A stretch of 64,000 bases of DNA from Mantamonas sphyraenae STR306 (Eukaryota; Protista; CRuMs). A program made the translations under genes and the position numbers. The DNA is taken from positions 372,001 to 436,000 of the forward strand of contig JAPMXV010000029.1 of NCBI GenBank assembly GCA_026936335.1, in the 5' to 3' direction. Shown here one piece after another: positions 12,577-25,000 of the stretch; within the stretch, counting starts at the first letter, position 1; every line of letters begins with the position of its first letter. Under the pieces are notes generated by a model. The model did not search any database and had not been told where the DNA came from. It saw only the letters and a list, made by a program, of their open reading frames with translations.

Positions 12577-13227
12577 ATGAGGTTGTTCAGGGTATCCATG
12601 TTTGTTGTGTGGGCGCTGGTTGCGTCTGCGATCCTTGTGGCAAACGTGCAGGGTGCGCCGACGGCCAACAAGGACAACAAGGGCGTGCGCACGCTGGATG
12701 TGACCTCAGACAAGGTGGTCGAGCTGTCCAAGGTAAGCTCCTGTGGTGAGAGGAGAGATTCCCAATGCTCTCTTTGCACTTGCAGCCGTGTGCAACTCGT
12801 GCAGCGGCCGGAAACGGACGTGGTGGCCGCGTGCTGACGCCCCTCTCCCAGTTTGCCCTCGACGAGCTCCAGAAGCTGTCAGACAACTACAAAGACCTGA
12901 GCATCAAGCATGTGCAGAGTGCAACCAAGCAGCCAGCTGCTGTACGTGACGCTATCCAATGCCTGAAGACGCCGGGAGACGGTAGGAACCCAGGCTGGGC
13001 ATTCCCCACTCACACGCCTCCCTGCAACCGCATATCCCACACGACGCTCGCACGCATGCACGTCCGCACAGATTGAGGGCCAAGTGTACTTTCTGAAGAC
13101 CAAGCTGCAGCTGAACGACCGCGTAAGCGACCACGAAATCATGGTGCTGGAAAAGTCGGCAGGCAAGTTTGAGGGGATGGCCATCGACACGTTTCCGGAC
13201 GTTGCCACGCCGTCCAAGACGGGGTAA
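12577..13227 (+). CDS. Small secreted protein with possible cystatin-like fold, 3 exons
   Basis: Hydrophobic signal peptide. GT-AG introns at ~12733..12851 and ~12942..13071 give VVELSK|FALDELQKLS...HVQSATKQPAA|IEGQVYFLKTKLQL... Confidence 0.6.
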
Positions 13228-13300
13228 GGAAATGGACACACATTGGGGCGGGATGTGTTACTTTCTTTCTCTTGTGTGTGTATTGTGTACGCTCGTTGGT

Positions 13301-16300
13301 TCACACGGCCACAAAGGCCAGCAGCTGATGCAGCAGCTTGCCCAGGTTTGTCAGCGACTGGGTGTAGCTGAGCAGAAGCTGCGAACGCACCAGAGCCGTC
13401 GCCTCGTCACTCGCTCCAACGTCCACGCCCACGCTGTGTTTGCTGTTGTCCACAAACCCAGCCAGGGCATCCTCGTTCGCCAACACGGTGGTCACGCGCG
13501 TATGCAACGTGTGCAGCGCAACGCTGATCTTCTCCAGCACATTGTCGTCACCTCCACACAACAGGCCGTGCAGAGCCACGAGATGAGCATGCTTTGCCTT
13601 GGGCTTGCGTGGTGGAAGGCTCTTCTTCCACGAAGCCTGCACCATGGCAAGCACAGGCAAAGCATCACGCACGAGCATATTCAACGCAGCCACGTGCGTG
13701 CCCTGCACCTGCGCCTCTGCACCCTCGCCCTGTCCCAGCACCGCCTCTTGTACACGTGTGCACATATCCACAAATCCGTCTGCACACTTGCGCACGGAAG
13801 TGGTTGCCTCTGCGCACAGCCCGTCCACCACGTCTTGACTCTCTCCTTCTGCTGCCGCCAGCTTGGCCACATACGGGAGCGACGCAAGTGCATCTTGAAC
13901 CCACTTCCAATGCGCACAGGCCCACGAGGCATCTCTGGCCACCAAATTCAGCCCGTAGTTTGTGTTGCGCTCCTCCTGGGGCACAAGCGATTCCTCAATC
14001 TGCTTGGCAATGACCTCCAGCTCGATGCTGTCACTGTCAGAGCTATTACCACTGCTGTTGTGGCTACTGTTGCTGCTGCTGCTGCTTCCACTTGCTTCAT
14101 CAGACAGACCCAGCTGATCCAACGTCGCTTGCAACTCTGCTTGCAATTGTTCCACGGACTCATGCTCGGTCACAAGTGCAAGGAACAGCTCGTAGGGTAG
14201 CACACGCAGACGCAGCAGTGCACGTTCGTCAGACAGTTGGACCTGGGGCGTGGCTGCCGTCAGCTGTTTGCTTGCACAGGCTTCCACAAGTTGCGGCTGC
14301 CCTTGCAATGCAAGCGACGACAGGTCTGGTTCTGCTCGGTAGTCGCAATTGCTAACCAGCTGCTGCGTCGCTGCTTTGCTCATCCCCATGCGAGTCAATG
14401 ATGTGCGTACGAGCCCCACCATGTCATCCAGCTGCGTCGACGATTGTGCCAGCGAACTGTTCATGCGCAACACCATGCTCAGCAGCTCGTTCTCCACCAC
14501 GCCACCGGCATAGCTGATCGATCGTTCCTGTCGCAGTACGAATTGCACAAACTCTTCCACCTTGCTGTATGCCAGGCGCACGTAGCTGCGCATGATCTGG
14601 TTCGACGATTTCATCACTCTGCGCAGCTGGTAGCCCTCCATGCACGCGTACATTTGCTCCTGCAGATCTGTCAGGCCGTGCACAACCAGTCCGTCCAGCA
14701 TCAGGTACGCCAGCGAGTCCCACTGGATGTGCTTGATGCTCAGTTCCTGGTAGTGCTTGTGAGCAGGCCACGCCGCACCCAGCGCCGTGTACAGACGCAT
14801 GGCGAACAGCTTGAGAGGGTAGTCATGCGGTGAAGGTACCAGTGCGTCCTCCAACAGCTCCAGCGCACGCACAAGGTATCCCAGTTTGCCCGACAGAGCA
14901 AATTGTCGTACGCAAATCCGCCCCACCAGCATCACAAAGGGATCTCCCACTCCAGGAGACGTTGCCTCTGCCTGCGGAAACTCCTCTCGTGCCTGCCGAT
15001 ACAGACCGGCAAGACGCTCGATCTCTGCCGCTGCTGCCTCCTCCTCCAGATTATCAAAGCCTCCGTACAGGTTGCGTACGTTTTCCAGCGTGATTTGCAT
15101 CAGCGTCTGCTTCAGCGCATCCTCGTGCACACACTTTTCTTCCAGCGCCTGCAACAGCGACGCACGTTCGTCCTCAGCCACCTCGCTCAGGAACGCACGA
15201 AGATCTTCAAAGCAGATCGGCTTGCTACCGAAGCGCACGTAGTAATCCACCAAGATCTGGGTGAGTTCCTGGCCAAGGCCTTTGGCCGCCTCGCTGTGTG
15301 CCATTGTCTTCCACAGGTAGGGTTGAGCGAGGTAGGGGCCTCGCAGCTTACCCTGCAAGCTGCGCTCTGCCTGCAGCCACGCAATCGTGCTTTCCAGCCA
15401 ATCCTGGCCGACTTCAATCTGTGATGCGTCCACTTGCACGCCGCTCTCTTCCTCGTCACTGCCTGTGTTTGCCAGATGCTCGCCAGCAAGTGCGCGCAGC
15501 TCGTCGTACGCCTCACCGCGCTTGCCCTCCATGTGTGCCACCGCCTGACCCACCATGCCTTCGTAAAAGAGCCAGTTGTCTGCGTCATGTTGCGCCAACA
15601 GTTTGTAGTGAAGCATGGCTGCCGTGTCATGCACGCCTGCCAGTTCACAGGCATGTGCCAGCTCACGTAGAAAGTCTGAGCGCACCTTGAACATGGAACT
15701 CGCCTTGCTGCTGCACAGTAGACGCACAGCGTCTGCATACGCCTTCTTGCGGTACACAATCTGCAGGTGCAGCATCAACAGCTGCACATTGTAGTATCCA
15801 TCCTCAATGTTCTTCTCCAGAAGCCTCTCTGCCATTCCCACTTCCAGCTCGTCCGCATGTCCTGTTGGCGCTCGCAGAAACCACGAAATAATCATCCAGT
15901 GGTCATACCGGTTGTGCTTCGTGCCATGCTTTTTCAGCAGCGCCATAGCCATCGACGCCTGCCCGACAAAGTCGTGTTGGGCCACGTACGCCTCGAATGC
16001 AGCAGAACCCAGTTGCTCCTGCTTCGGGTTGCGTTCCCATGCCTCGGTGTACATTGTGGCTGCCTTGTCCACTGTCGTGTCCACCGGTGCACGTACGCGT
16101 GATTGTCGCAACCCACCGTCCTCTGTGTCAGCGTCCTGGAATGTCGCTCACCCGAGCTCTGCATTTCACACTCCTTACATTGGCCCAACATCCCGTACAC
16201 GCGTCGCATGCAATCCAGAATGTTTTCGTCGTCCGATCCCACGGCTGCCACCTCCTCCAAATGGGCCAGTGCCTCCTCCCGTCGGCCGACTGCTGCTAAG

Positions 16301-16678
16301 CACAAAGCCACCAGAACCTGTGTGCACACGCACGCGTCAGCACGCCCTTCTCGGCCTTCTCCACCACTTGCATTGTGTCCTCGCACATTCCGGCACTCCC
16401 TCTCACACACATACTTTGTACATCCACGAGTTGGGCTTCTTCTTCAGCGCCTGCTGGGCAGTTTTCAGTGCAAAGCGTGTGTTGGGCACGTCCGCCAGCA
16501 GCAACGCGTACACCTCGTTCACCTTGCCACGTTCACTCTCGCTCATCACCACAGGCGTGTCGTTGACCTTTTTGGTTGACGATGACGATGATGAGGACGC
16601 CGAAGACGTTTGTGCCTGCCCCTTACGGCCTTTCTGCTTGCCCTTGCCAGCTTTTACTTTTGCACGTTTGCCCGGCAT
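13301..16678 (-). CDS. NAA25: NatB N-terminal acetyltransferase auxiliary subunit (MDM20/NAA25)
   Basis: N-terminal TPRs; motifs DADNWLFY, LRGPYLA, YYVRFGSKPICFEDL and LSIKHIQWDSLAY. Two GT-AG introns near the 5' end. Confidence 0.92.
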
Positions 16679-16830
16679 TTTGTTTCAGGTGCATCCACAC
16701 GCGCATGCCTACACCAAGCCATCCACTCTCATTGCACAGGATGCTTTCACACCTTGTCCTTCCCAATCACTCTCCCAGAAACAACCCAAGAACGAGGACG
16801 CGCCAACCAAGGCAAAACTCACACGCACAC

Positions 16831-19800
16831 ATGTCCGACAGCGATCACAGCGACGGCGAGATCGACGAAGACACCCTGGGTACGTTGTACAGTGGTGATT
16901 CCACGTCATCCATGCAATCATCCATCTCACACACTGCCTGTACACACACTGCAGCCGCCCAGATGGGCTGGGGTCGACGCGAGGACGACGACGACGACGA
17001 CGTGCCCGACCTCGAAGAGTACGACGAGGTACAGGTGGGCGATGACGATGACGATGAGTATGACGACGACGACGACGATGAGTATGACGACGACGACGAC
17101 GACGACGACGCAGACTCCATTGCCAGCGGAACCACGGCCGATTTCATGATGCACGACCACGTACGTCGCCACTTCCGTCAGCCCCCATATCACCTGTGCC
17201 AGCGCTTACATTAACACACCCAAACCCCACGCTATCCACTTGTACCGTGCACCCATACAGCCCATGATGGAGCGTATTCAAGCTGCATTTAAGGAGACTC
17301 TGACCAAAAACCTGGAAACCGCCACCCTCGAGCTTCGCGAAAAGGTAACGGCTTTCTTGGCGCCGCCCCACACATGCCCACATTGTCTCACATCCCACCC
17401 CGTGCCCATCCACAGACTGAGGAGGTGCGTAAGATGAAGATTGACCGCGAGCAGCTGGGTGTGCAGCTCTACTCGCAGCAGCAGCAGCTGGCAAAGTTGC
17501 AGCTAAAGCGCGAAGCCGCCATCGAGAACTTCAACCACAGCAAGGCCGTGCGTGAACAGCTCGAGGAGGAAGTCAAAGGATTTCAAGAATCCCTCAAGGA
17601 CCTCAAAGCAGAGGTGCAGGCTGGCCGCAGCGCAGTCACTGCCAAGCAGGCGGACCTGGACAAGCTCAACGCAACCATCAAAGGCCTGGAGCAGTTCAAC
17701 GAAGGCATGAAGAACCAAATTGCAGTCACCCGCCGTGCAACCTACAAGGCCGAAGAGTCGATCTCGAACATGGAGAAGGGCAAGGCCACGCAGGATGAAC
17801 TGCTCGACAGGCTCACCGAAGAGGTGCGCACTCTGCAGGACAAACTCGCCCTTTACGAGGCCCAACTCATCTCCCAGAAGCAGGAAACCTCAGTGGCCTC
17901 GGAGACTCTTGCCGATGCGGGCAACGAGATGGAAGCCATCAACTTTGAAAAGAAGATGCTTGTCCAGCAGTGGAAGAGTTCCCTCATTGCCCTCGAACGC
18001 CGCGACGAGAACCTCAAGGACCTGGAGAATCAGGTCCGCGCACAGTGGGAGGAATCCATGTCTCTGGACGGCGAAATCTCGGCCAACAAGCGCCTCATTG
18101 CCAAGGAGCAGGAGGAAAACGAGAAACTGACGGGCATTCTCAACAAGATCAAGGGCGATTTTCACGGGGTGGAGCGCATGATCAAAGCGGCCGAAGAGAA
18201 GAAGGCCAAAATGGTTGAAGAGTACAACATGTACAAGATCTCCCTGGAGCAGACCGAGGAGGAGATGCAGCGAGTCAGTGGCGAACGCAACATTCTCAAG
18301 AGCACCCTGGCCTCCCTGAACCGCGAGAACGAGCAGGCAGCAGCGCGCATCCGCGAGCTGGAGATCGAGATTCGCAAGAACCTCAGCACACAGACCACGC
18401 TGCAAAAGAGCACCCAGAACGTCACCAAGGCGGCCAACAAGATTGATTCGGCCGTGAACGAAAAGGAAATCGAGGCTGGCAAGCTGGAGAACGAACTGCA
18501 GCGCATTCGCGTGGACATCCTCAACACCCAGTCGCACAACCAGCAACTGGACAGCACCAAGCTGGATCTGCTCAAGGAGCTCAAGGAGAAGGACGACCTG
18601 ATCGAAAAGTACACCACCGAGATCCGAAGGCGCAACGACGTCATTGAAAAGAAACAGAGCGAGGTGGATCGACTCAACCGTCGCTACGACCACCTGGTGT
18701 CCAACATGGAAGACGAGAACCTGGGTCCGCTGGAAGCCACCATCCACAACCTAACCAAGAGCATCTCGGAAAAACAACAGGAGTGTCAGGACATGCAGCA
18801 CGTGTGGCTTAAGCGCCAAACAGACCTCGTGGCGCTGACAAGGGACATCAACGAAAAGAACGAGGCCATCCAGGAGCTGCGCAGCCAGATCACCATTCTG
18901 ACCCAGCGCCGTGTGCGCCTGGACAAACAGTTCACAGGACACGCCACCGAAATCAAGGAGATGGAGGCGTCGATCAGGCAGCTGCACAACGACACCGTGC
19001 GCCTCAACACACTCATCACCGACCAAAGCGGCTCGCTGGGCAACCTGGCCGAATCCAACCTGACACTGGAGACGTCCATGGTAAACAATATCAAGGACCA
19101 GGAACTGGAGAGCGTGCAACTAGAAGCCAAGATTGACGCACTGCGCGACGAGAAGGACGCCATGCTCAACGAACTGGTGGAGGTGGAGCGACAGATCATG
19201 CTCTGGGAAAAGAAGATTCAGCTGGCCAAGGAGACGCAGGAGGCGTTGGACCCAAACTTTGGCATGGCCGAGGTCAAAGCGATGAAGAAGCTGATCCATC
19301 GCATGGAGCTGGATTACACAAAACTGCAGGGCGAGCAGGAAAAGCTGGTCAAGGAGATGGAGCGGTCGATTTACAAACGCGAGATGATTTCGGACAAGTA
19401 CCGCACCAAGAAAGGCACAGTGACCAACACAGCGACGCTCAAGAAGCAGATTGTGGACATCGGCAAGCGACTGACAAAGGCTGTGGGCGACGCCAAGCGC
19501 TGCGACGAAGAGATCAAGCGTGTTCTGGAAGCACAAAAGGCGGTGGGTGCAGAGGTGGAGGATGCCACCGAAGACTACCGCAACCTGCGCTCGCAAAAGG
19601 CCGAGGTACAGCGTGAGGTCCAGTGGACGGGCTTTCAGAAGCAAAAGGGGCTGGAAAAGCTTTCGCGCGTGCAGGAGCGGGCCAAGAAGTATTCGGATCT
19701 GAAGCGCAAGGCACAAGACGGCACACTCAAGGTTATGAGCAAGGAAAAGGCAGTCAAGGTGGAAACCAGTCTGCAAGCAGAAATCGAAAAGACGGCCCAG

Positions 19801-19947
19801 ATCCGCGCCGTTCTGGAACGCCTCGGCACGGAGTTTCCCGACCTCAATGGGTACTTTGGCAACATGATCCACTCCATCGACCAAGACGCCATGCTGGGAA
19901 GTGAAAAGGATGGCGCTGGCAGCAGTAGCAGCAGCAGCAAAATGTAA
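16831..19947 (+). CDS. CCDC40: Coiled-coil domain-containing protein 40 (axonemal 96-nm ruler, FAP172)
   Basis: Motifs REQLGVQLYSQQQQLAKLQ, IAVTRRATYKAE, LVQQWKSSL, LGPLEATI and ERQIMLWEKKIQLAKET. Acidic N-terminus and three short 5' introns. Confidence 0.93.
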
Positions 19948-19964
19948 AAGGTGAAGTTTGCTCC

Positions 19965-22900
19965 TCACTCCCAGCCCAACTGGCGTGCCAGTTCACGCAC
20001 AAACCGCTCAACGGACTCTTCTCGAGTGGCTTCATAGACATCCATACCATACTTGATGGCCAGGCCAAAGTTACCTGCTGCACGTGCCTCTTCGGCAAGT
20101 CCCATCAGCTCCCACGGCTCCATCTCGTCATCCACCGAGTCGGACGCCAACGACGGACCTTCCTCCCCACCCAGACCGTCTGATTCTTCGTTTTCTTCGT
20201 CTTCTTCGTCCTCCGGTTCAGACAATCCGTCAAAGATGTCTTGCGGATTCTGCGAAAACACGCGTGCCATGTCATCTAGCTCTTCCACATCGACGCCGTC
20301 GTCGTCATCATTGTCACTGTCATCTGAATCATCGTCCATGTCGTCGTTGAACCCAATGCCATCTCCCTCGGGGTTGTTGTATCCATAGGCATCATCCCGC
20401 TCGAGTGAATCAGGTTCAGCGTGTCGACTCGGCCCACGCACGTACGGAGACAGCAATGACGGCAGATCATCGTCGTCGTCGTACTCATCGCCACCCTCGT
20501 CGTAGAACGCCTCGCTGGTGTCCTGCATGGAGAAACTGTGGTCCAACGGAGCGTCATCTGGAACGACAAACGAGTCGTCGGCGTAGCCATCATCCTCCCC
20601 GTCATCTGACGCTTCATCCTGTTCCTTGAATGCGTCCAAGTCCAGATCATGGCCATGAGGGCTAAAGCTGTGTCGGTGCGACGGAATGGGTCCGGAAAAG
20701 TCGTCTTCGTCCTCCTCTTCTTCGTCCTCCTCCTCATCCGAGGAGTGCCCTTTGCCAAACACGTCCTCCCGTGTGGGATTGATTCGCTCAGCTTTGGGCA
20801 CACGCTTCGGTGCGGGCTTACTTGCTCGCTGGGGCGTGTCCATGTACACCTTGAGACGTTTCTTCGCTTGCACGGCACGCTCAGTCAATGCCCTCGCTGC
20901 GACCTTGTCCAGATGCTGCTTGGAGTCTTCGTTGAAAAGCAGGTTGTGATCTGAGATGCCGTAGATGTCCATGGCCATCAGATCGTCGATGTGTTGGTCC
21001 AACTCAGGGTAGGAAATGCGATCATGTGCGTGCAGCTCAGCCAGTTGCTGTTGTGTCTTGGACACCATCGGGTCGTCATCCAGCTTAAACAATTCGCGCA
21101 GCTCGGCATTGGTGAAGTATCGGTGGTTCTTTTGCTCCATGGTCGACTTGAAGAGGGCACCCTTGAATACCTGCTTGCGGTAGATCTTTTCTTCGATCGT
21201 CCCACAGGTGATCAGCCTGTAGATGACCACATCTCGCTTCTGCCCGATGCGGTAGATACGGTCTTTGGCCTGTTCGTCCACAGTCGGGTTCCACGCAGGG
21301 TCCACAATGACCAAACGGTCGGCACCGGTGAGGGTGATGCCGAGGGACCCAATCTGCGTTGTCAGCAGCATCACCTGGATGCGTGAATCCTCGTTGAAGG
21401 TTTTGATGATCTTTTGCCGCTTCTTCGTATTACGCACATCGCCATCCAGGCGTGACATGACGTAGTTGCGCTCCATGCATAGGTCCTGAATGATGTCCAA
21501 CATCTTCTTGCTCTGGCTAAACACCAGCGTGCGGTGGCCATGACTAGAAAGGTTGTCCAACAGCTTGAAGAGAAACACCAGCTTTGTAGATTGCTCCAGA
21601 ATGGAGTATGCAGCCAGCTTCTGGGCAAATGCGTCGCCGACAAGCGCAGGGTGATCGGCAATCTTTTTCAGCACAGTCAGCTGCACCAGCGGACTGCGCT
21701 TCGTGTCCATAATGGCTTCCTTCACCTCGTCACTGGACAGGAAGTCCCGATACACATCGAGCTGTACCTCGGTCATGGGCAGCCACACGACAAAATCGTT
21801 CTTGCGACAAGACAACGCCTTTGCGCGCAGTGTTTCGCCAATCGGTGTGGCGGGAGGGGCAGGATACAGCGAAGAGGAGGATGAAGATGCCATGCTGCTG
21901 TTCCCACTGCTGCTGCTGCTGCTGCTGCTGCTGGAGGAATCCTTAGGTGGGGCTTGGTTCAGACGGAACACCTCGTCTTTGGTACGCCGAAGGATGTAGG
22001 GCCCAATAAGGTTGAAGAGCTCCTGGTTGACGCGTTCACCGTACTGCTTGGCAGCCAACGACGCGTCTTTGCTGTTGCCGTCGGTGATTGGCGTGCAAAA
22101 CTCCCGCTTGAACACGCGCTGGTCCCCGAGCAGTTCCGGCTGCACAAAGTCCATCAAGGCCCACAGTTCCATGAGATTGTTCTGCACGGGCGTGCCTGTC
22201 ACAATGATGCGGTTGGGACATTCCACCTCCCGCAGCGCCTTGCTTATCTTGATGTTTGGGTTCTTGATCTTGTGGCCCTCGTCAAGAAACATGTAGTGCC
22301 ACTTGACCTTGCAGAATTCTTCCGTGTTGTTCAGCAACATACCTGCCAAAAGATGTGGTTGTGAGTGTGTGTCACTGGTGCATGCTTGCATCGCAACTCA
22401 ACTCACCGTACGTCGTGATGCACACTCCGCGATGCTCCTCCCGAATTTTCTGCAGCTTGCGATTGCGACTCGTCGAAGATCCACCGTAGTACACATGCAC
22501 GGGAATGCGGTCGCCGGCACTGTACGGCGTATGCAATACATGGTCGTGTGAGCGAGGGTGGTGGCGGGCACGACGGGCGAACTTTTCTCGAGACATCATG
22601 ACGGATGGGGGAAGAAGAAATGAACTTACAGGCGGTCAAACTCTGCACGCCAGTGTTCGACTACAGACACGGGACAGAGAATGAGGATGTAGCGACACTG
22701 TTTGGAGTAGAGGAGGCCGATGGAGTAGCACGCAACTTGGACGGTCTTGCCCAAACCCATGTCGTCACCCAGAATGCCTCCCACTTCCTGCCGGAACAAG
22801 TTCCAAAGCCATTCGAGGCCGCTTCGTTGGTATGGATACAATCCTTTGTGGATCTTGCGGGGAAGGCGGAAGCCGTCCGGGAGAAACCAGTCGCGCCGCT

Positions 22901-23498
22901 GCGAGTCAAATGTAAACGGTGTGTCATCGTTGTTCAACGTCTTGTGAGGTGTTTCAGGCTGCGGCCCACCAGACTTGTTCAACGTGGAGGACGGCTCGGA
23001 TGTGGGCGGAAAGTCCGTCGACTTGTTCTCGAGACTCGGCAGGGTGAGGTCCAGCTTGCGCTGCGCGGGCTCGCCTTGTGTCAGTGCCAAGCCGCATGGA
23101 GATGGGAACTCGCAAACAGGTCCGCAAAGACCACGAGTGTGCTGGGATCCTTTTCCGAATGCTGGGTATGCGTGTGTGTGGTGGTTTGCTGGAAGAGCGC
23201 GCCAAAGACGTACCTCCAACGAACGGATTTTCTTGTTCAGCTTCCCGACTTCAAAGCCGTCGAGGGCGTTTGCAGCCTGTTGGTACTTGAGGAGGGCACT
23301 CGCAAGCAGGCCGTCCTTCTCATCCTTCTTTGCTTGCTTGACAAACTTGTTGAAGGTCAGCTTGGCCTCTTTGGATGGCTGTGAGCTGTGTGTGGGTTGG
23401 GCGGGAGTTTCGGCTGACGTCTCTTCCTGCTGCAAGTTGAGTTTGGAACTAAACTCGGCCGTGAGTGCTGAAATGGCCTCACTTGTACTGGTGCTCAT
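19965..23498 (-). CDS. ERCC6L: SNF2-family DNA translocase, ERCC6L/PICH-like
   Basis: N- and C-terminal TPR-like helices; motifs GGILGDDMGLGKT, LDEGHKIKN, TGTPVQNNLMELWAL, KNDFVVW and DPAWNP...DRIYRIGQ. GT-AG introns. Confidence 0.88.
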
Positions 23499-23596
23499 GT
23501 TGTTTGCCGGTTCTGTGCTGAAGGGTCGTTCGGAGGACACGGGCACCTTTTTGGTCGAAGCGGCGCCGGCGGCCGCACACCAACCACCAATCCATC

Positions 23597-24971
23597 ATGT
23601 CTGTTGAGGCCCTTTTCGACGTTAGCGACGTGCATCTGGTCAACTCGCCCGAGCTGAGCTCGGACAATGGAGTGGAGGAGGGCACTGTGGAGGAGTTGAC
23701 GCTGGAGATCGAGGCAGGAGGCGAGAACTCCTCGAGCGGTTCGGATCGTAGGAAAACAAAGGACCTTGTGTTTCCGCACCAGAATGACCCCATCGGCCAC
23801 CTCGCAGTGGACATTGGTGGCACACTGGTCAAGCTTGTGTATTTCGAACCCAACAAGGAAGCGGAGGGGGGCAAGCTCCACTTCACGCGCTTTGCCACGA
23901 ACAATGTGGAGAAGTGCATTGAGTTTATCCAAGGTGAGTGCACAGGGGTTGGAGCGTCGCCCATGGTGCCTGTTTGCCCGTGAATTGAGGGTGGAAACGG
24001 CCGTGTGAGCGTGTTTAGCGGCCTGGGCGTGTGGCCGTCGAGCCTGTCCAGACGTCTGCGTTTGCGTGTGCTGACGTGTGGGCTCGCCTGCGAGCACAGA
24101 GAACAAACTGCACCTCATGCCCGACGGCAGTATCAAGCGCATTCGTGCCACAGGGGGCGGAGCGTACAAGTATGCGAGTCTGTTCAAGGATCAACTGGGA
24201 ATCGAGCTGGAGAAGGTCGACGAGATGGAGTCTTTGATTCAGGGGTTGAACTGGTTGCTGCAGCACGTGGAGGACGAGGCGTACCTGTGGAAGAACGGAA
24301 GCCGCATCAACGTGGGTTTGTTGGACACAGGAGACGAGGAGAACCCTCTGTTTCCATATCTGCTGGTGAACATCGGCTCGGGAGTGTCCATCATCCGTGT
24401 CGACGGCCCCAACGAGTACAAGCGCGTGAGCGGATCGTCACTGGGTGGAGGGACCTTTCTGGGTCTGTGTGCCATGTTGACGCAGACGACACGGTACGAC
24501 GAGATGCTGCAGCTTACGGAGCAAGGGGACAACGCAGGCGTTGACATGCTCGTGGGTGACATCTACGGCACCGGGTATTCCAAGATTGGCCTGGCAAGTG
24601 ATACCATTGCCAGTTCGTTTGGGCGTGTGGGTATGAAGCTTAAGGAACCAGACGCCGAAAAGATGTTGGGAACGTTCCGGCGCGAGGATGTGGCTGCCTC
24701 GTTGCTCAAGTGCATTAGCAACAACATTGGCCAGCTGGCCTTTCTCAACGCGCAACTGAACAAGTGTAAGCGAGTTGTCTTTGCCGGCCACTTCATCAGT
24801 GGACGCAACGGGCTTGGCCACATTCCTACCATGGCTGCTCTCGAGAGTGCCGTCGCCTTTTGGTCGGGTGGCGACATGGAAGCCTACTTTTTGCATCATG
24901 ATGGCTATCTGGGTTCTCTGGGTTCCTTTGTCTCCACCCAAGTGACGATTCAGAGCGAAGAAACCCCGTGA
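23597..24971 (+). CDS. PANK: Type II pantothenate kinase
   Basis: Motifs AVDIGGTLVKL, ATGGGAYKY, PYLLVNIGSGVS and DMLVGDIYG. Intron ~23934..24099. Confidence 0.95.
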
Positions 24972-25000
24972 TTTTTCATTTTTCGCTTGTCATCGGTCGT

